Made by a program: the position numbers and the translations under genes | The notes under the pieces: model-generated | What the model saw: the letters and a program-made list of their open reading frames with translations, nothing else | What the model was told of the DNA's origin: nothing | Databases searched by the model: none | In this document: piece by piece, positions 32,540-34,750 of the stretch | Layout: each line of letters starts with the position of its first letter | Numbering within the stretch: position 1 is the first letter of the stretch | From: a virus | Taxonomy: Duplodnaviria > Caudoviricetes | Length of the DNA stretch: 34,750 nucleotides | IMG/VR virus record: IMGVR_UViG_3300046779_000606 | Span: 1-34,750 of that record | Direction: 5' to 3' (one strand)

Positions 32540-34750
32540 TTATCTTGCGTTAGAGTTTTTAAATGGGTTTTCTGCAAATGCTGCGTAGATGTATGTTCCT
32601 CCACTAGCATTTGGGTATAATGTGTTTCTACACTTAAACCCGTTAGACGTTAAATCTAAATGCTGTGCGGAATCTTCTGCTGCAGATGAGTTAGGATACA
32701 AAACATTATTATCTGCATTGTAGCCAAGTCGTTTATTATCGTGAATTCGCCAAAAATCTGTTGTGTCTGTTCGTTTGAACATAACAAAAGCTGGTCTAAA
32801 TCCTAAATAAATAAATGGTCCATCAGCACTACCATTACCTGTATAAGAACCAAATTTACTAAAGCCTGATATTTCTGCCCAGCAATAGGCTACATGAGTT
32901 CCACCATTTGTATTTACTCCACCATAAGTTCCAATACTAAATACAGTTGATGTAGGTGTTGTATTTTGCCAATAAGTAGAGCTTGTAAATGGAGTGCCTG
33001 TAGTATTTAATTCCATTAATTGAGTTGCACCAAGTGAAGTATGATATACAGCCCAACCTGTTGCTACAGTTCTAACTTTTTCTATAATTAATTTAGGTGC
33101 AACACCTAAACCATGTCCTACTGTTGCATTACTTCCTGTTCCTGTGTAAGTCACAACACTAAACCCAGCAGTTGCATTTACAGATACAGTAGATGTAATA
33201 GAGCCTTGTGTATTAGATGATGTTGAGCCTTGTCCAGCTTGCCATTGCCAACCTACATAGTTATCACTTGTGTTATTAACATAAGAACCTGCACCAGCAG
33301 AATTAACTGCAAAACCATTAGAATTTAGTGCTGTTACAGTATCAAGTGAAGATACATTTTCTGCTGCTGTAGTATTAGAAAATAAACGACCATAATAAGG
33401 ATTACCACCTGAAGTAAATGTTCCTCTTACAGAATCAATTAATACATTATCTACTGCGGAAGTTCTATCTTTAATCCATACAAAATCAGGTTTAAATTGT
33501 GCATTATTTACTACAACCTGTCTAGAACCATTACCTGTCCATAGCGTTGCATCCATATACTTATTACCCTGTAATACAGTAGGAGTAGGTAGGTTATATG
33601 TGTTTAGTGCCGTAAATCCACTTGGTGGTGTGTATGAGAATGGTCTTTGTCCGAAGTTGGCATACCAAGTTTGTGAATTTCTATTACATATAACAGGCAT
33701 AGCTGATGTATCTAATCCTGAAGCCACTTGTCCTGTTCCAGCAGCTGGGTCACCTGAATTTGCCCACGTGCCATTTCTACCCATCCATAACTTACCATTA
33801 TCGTATGCTATCATTATTACATCATTAGCTACCCAATTACCTGTTGCTATTCCTGTAGTTGCACCATTTTGATATATAGCACTAACTTGAGGACACATAC
33901 CAACAGAATTTGCTCCTAATGCTGTTATGCCTGCTACTAGCGTATCATTGGCAAACGTTGTTGGCGTATAATTAGAAGGTAAAACTCCACAAGCTCCTCT
34001 AGCAGCATTTGCACCAACATTAGTTATTTGAAATTCCCAATAACATTTATCAAATACTGTTTGCGTAGCAAATACAGCAACTGTAAAACTGCCTGAAGCA
34101 TCTACACTTTTAAGGTTTCCTTCACTCAAAGTAATTGATGAGGCTTTTGCATTTGGGTTTAATACAGCATAATTAGCCACAGTCGCACTTGTATTAGTAG
34201 GAACATCTAGCATAGCATCATAGGTTGTGCCTGCTGTTAAGCTAATGTTGTTAGTTGTCCAATTATTACCGTTACCTGATGTGTCGTAGCCTAATGTTGT
34301 AGTAGATGTTGTGTTACCAAATGTTAGGTAGAAACCGTTAGTGCCATACATACCTGTGTATTTAATTGGTTTCCATACACCGTTAGCGTCATTGTTACCA
34401 AAGTAATATGGTTCTAGTGCTTGACCGTCAATAAAGTTAATGTCAGTCATGTAACCGTCAAAGAAAGCACTTGAGCTTGTATTTGCGTATTGAGCTGCAA
34501 TATTGTGAACTAAATTATTGTTAATAGATGCTTCTGCATTTAAAGCAGGATAATTAGCAGTTCCAAAAGCAGTTATTTGATTACCATTTACATATATTTT
34601 TACTCTATTAGATGATGTAGCTTGAGTTGTATCCACAGCTAAAACAAAATGATACCAAGCACTAGGGTCTCTAAATACTTGTGTTGACTCAATGTTTACT
34701 GATACTGCTCCACCTTGAAAGAATGAAATAGTATCGCTTTTAATTCTAAA
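32540..34750 (-). CDS. LamG/ConA-like plus SPRY-domain tail fibre or adhesin (5' end outside window)
   Basis: Frame is open to 34750: ...QVFRDPSAWYHFVLAVDTTQ..., YGTNGFYL.F, CYWEF (SPRY), FKPDFVWIK, GFRPAFVMFK. The track start at 34636 is internal. Confidence 0.8.
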   Translation of the reverse strand, partial: FRIKSDTISFFQGGAVSVNIESTQVFRDPSAWYHFVLAVDTTQATSSNRVKIYVNGNQITAFGTANYPALNAEASINNNLVHNIAAQYANTSSSAFFDGYMTDINFIDGQALEPYYFGNNDANGVWKPIKYTGMYGTNGFYLTFGNTTSTTTLGYDTSGNGNNWTTNNISLTAGTTYDAMLDVPTNTSATVANYAVLNPNAKASSITLSEGNLKSVDASGSFTVAVFATQTVFDKCYWEFQITNVGANAARGACGVLPSNYTPTTFANDTLVAGITALGANSVGMCPQVSAIYQNGATTGIATGNWVANDVIMIAYDNGKLWMGRNGTWANSGDPAAGTGQVASGLDTSAMPVICNRNSQTWYANFGQRPFSYTPPSGFTALNTYNLPTPTVLQGNKYMDATLWTGNGSRQVVVNNAQFKPDFVWIKDRTSAVDNVLIDSVRGTFTSGGNPYYGRLFSNTTAAENVSSLDTVTALNSNGFAVNSAGAGSYVNNTSDNYVGWQWQAGQGSTSSNTQGSITSTVSVNATAGFSVVTYTGTGSNATVGHGLGVAPKLIIEKVRTVATGWAVYHTSLGATQLMELNTTGTPFTSSTYWQNTTPTSTVFSIGTYGGVNTNGGTHVAYCWAEISGFSKFGSYTGNGSADGPFIYLGFRPAFVMFKRTDTTDFWRIHDNKRLGYNADNNVLYPNSSAAEDSAQHLDLTSNGFKCRNTLYPNASGGTYIYAAFAENPFKNSNAR

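Noticed and set aside
1528-33872. Many track ORFs nested in or antisense to clear genes (e.g. 1528-1770, 5076-5309, 10555-11040, 11309-11515, 11424-11732, 15835-16371, 17789-17983, 24971-25324, 33600-33872)
   Set aside because: They overlap well-supported genes, show no motifs or evident RBS, and look like shadow frames.
32540-34750. Diversity-generating retroelement acting on tail fibres
   Set aside because: No reverse transcriptase and no TR/VR repeat pair noticed.

Overview
Most of a tailed dsDNA phage genome with P22-like (podovirus) virion genes and a lambdoid early region. The host is probably a Methylophilaceae betaproteobacterium, inferred from a phage-borne PqqA peptide and a betaproteobacterial-type SSB. 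One leftward (-) unit runs cro-like gene > DUF1376 initiator with internal ori iterons > SSB > TraR/DksA-like > GNAT > NinB/NinG > GroES > ParB-methylase > TerS/TerL > portal > scaffold > P22-type coat > tail fibre. It leaves the left edge and apparently resumes at the right edge with LamG/SPRY fibre > gp4 > gp10 > ejection proteins > holin > M15 endolysin. A short rightward (+) unit at 16754-21616 encodes Sak, YqaJ exonuclease, a SleB-like hydrolase, a metallophosphoesterase, an HExxH protein and DUF6378, and ends in pqqA. No cI repressor, integrase, Q-like antiterminator, tRNA or CRISPR array was recognised. Highlights absent from the supplied ORF track: (1) an intact 23-aa pqqA with its own RBS, upstream palindrome and terminator; (2) a predicted ~70-nt antisense RNA (promoter, anti-SD loop hairpin, terminator) over the start of an 81-aa gene upstream of groES; (3) a secreted 4-Cys micro-peptide; (4) a cro-only switch in which one 33-bp palindrome carries both divergent promoters. 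All family assignments are by motif recognition, not database search.
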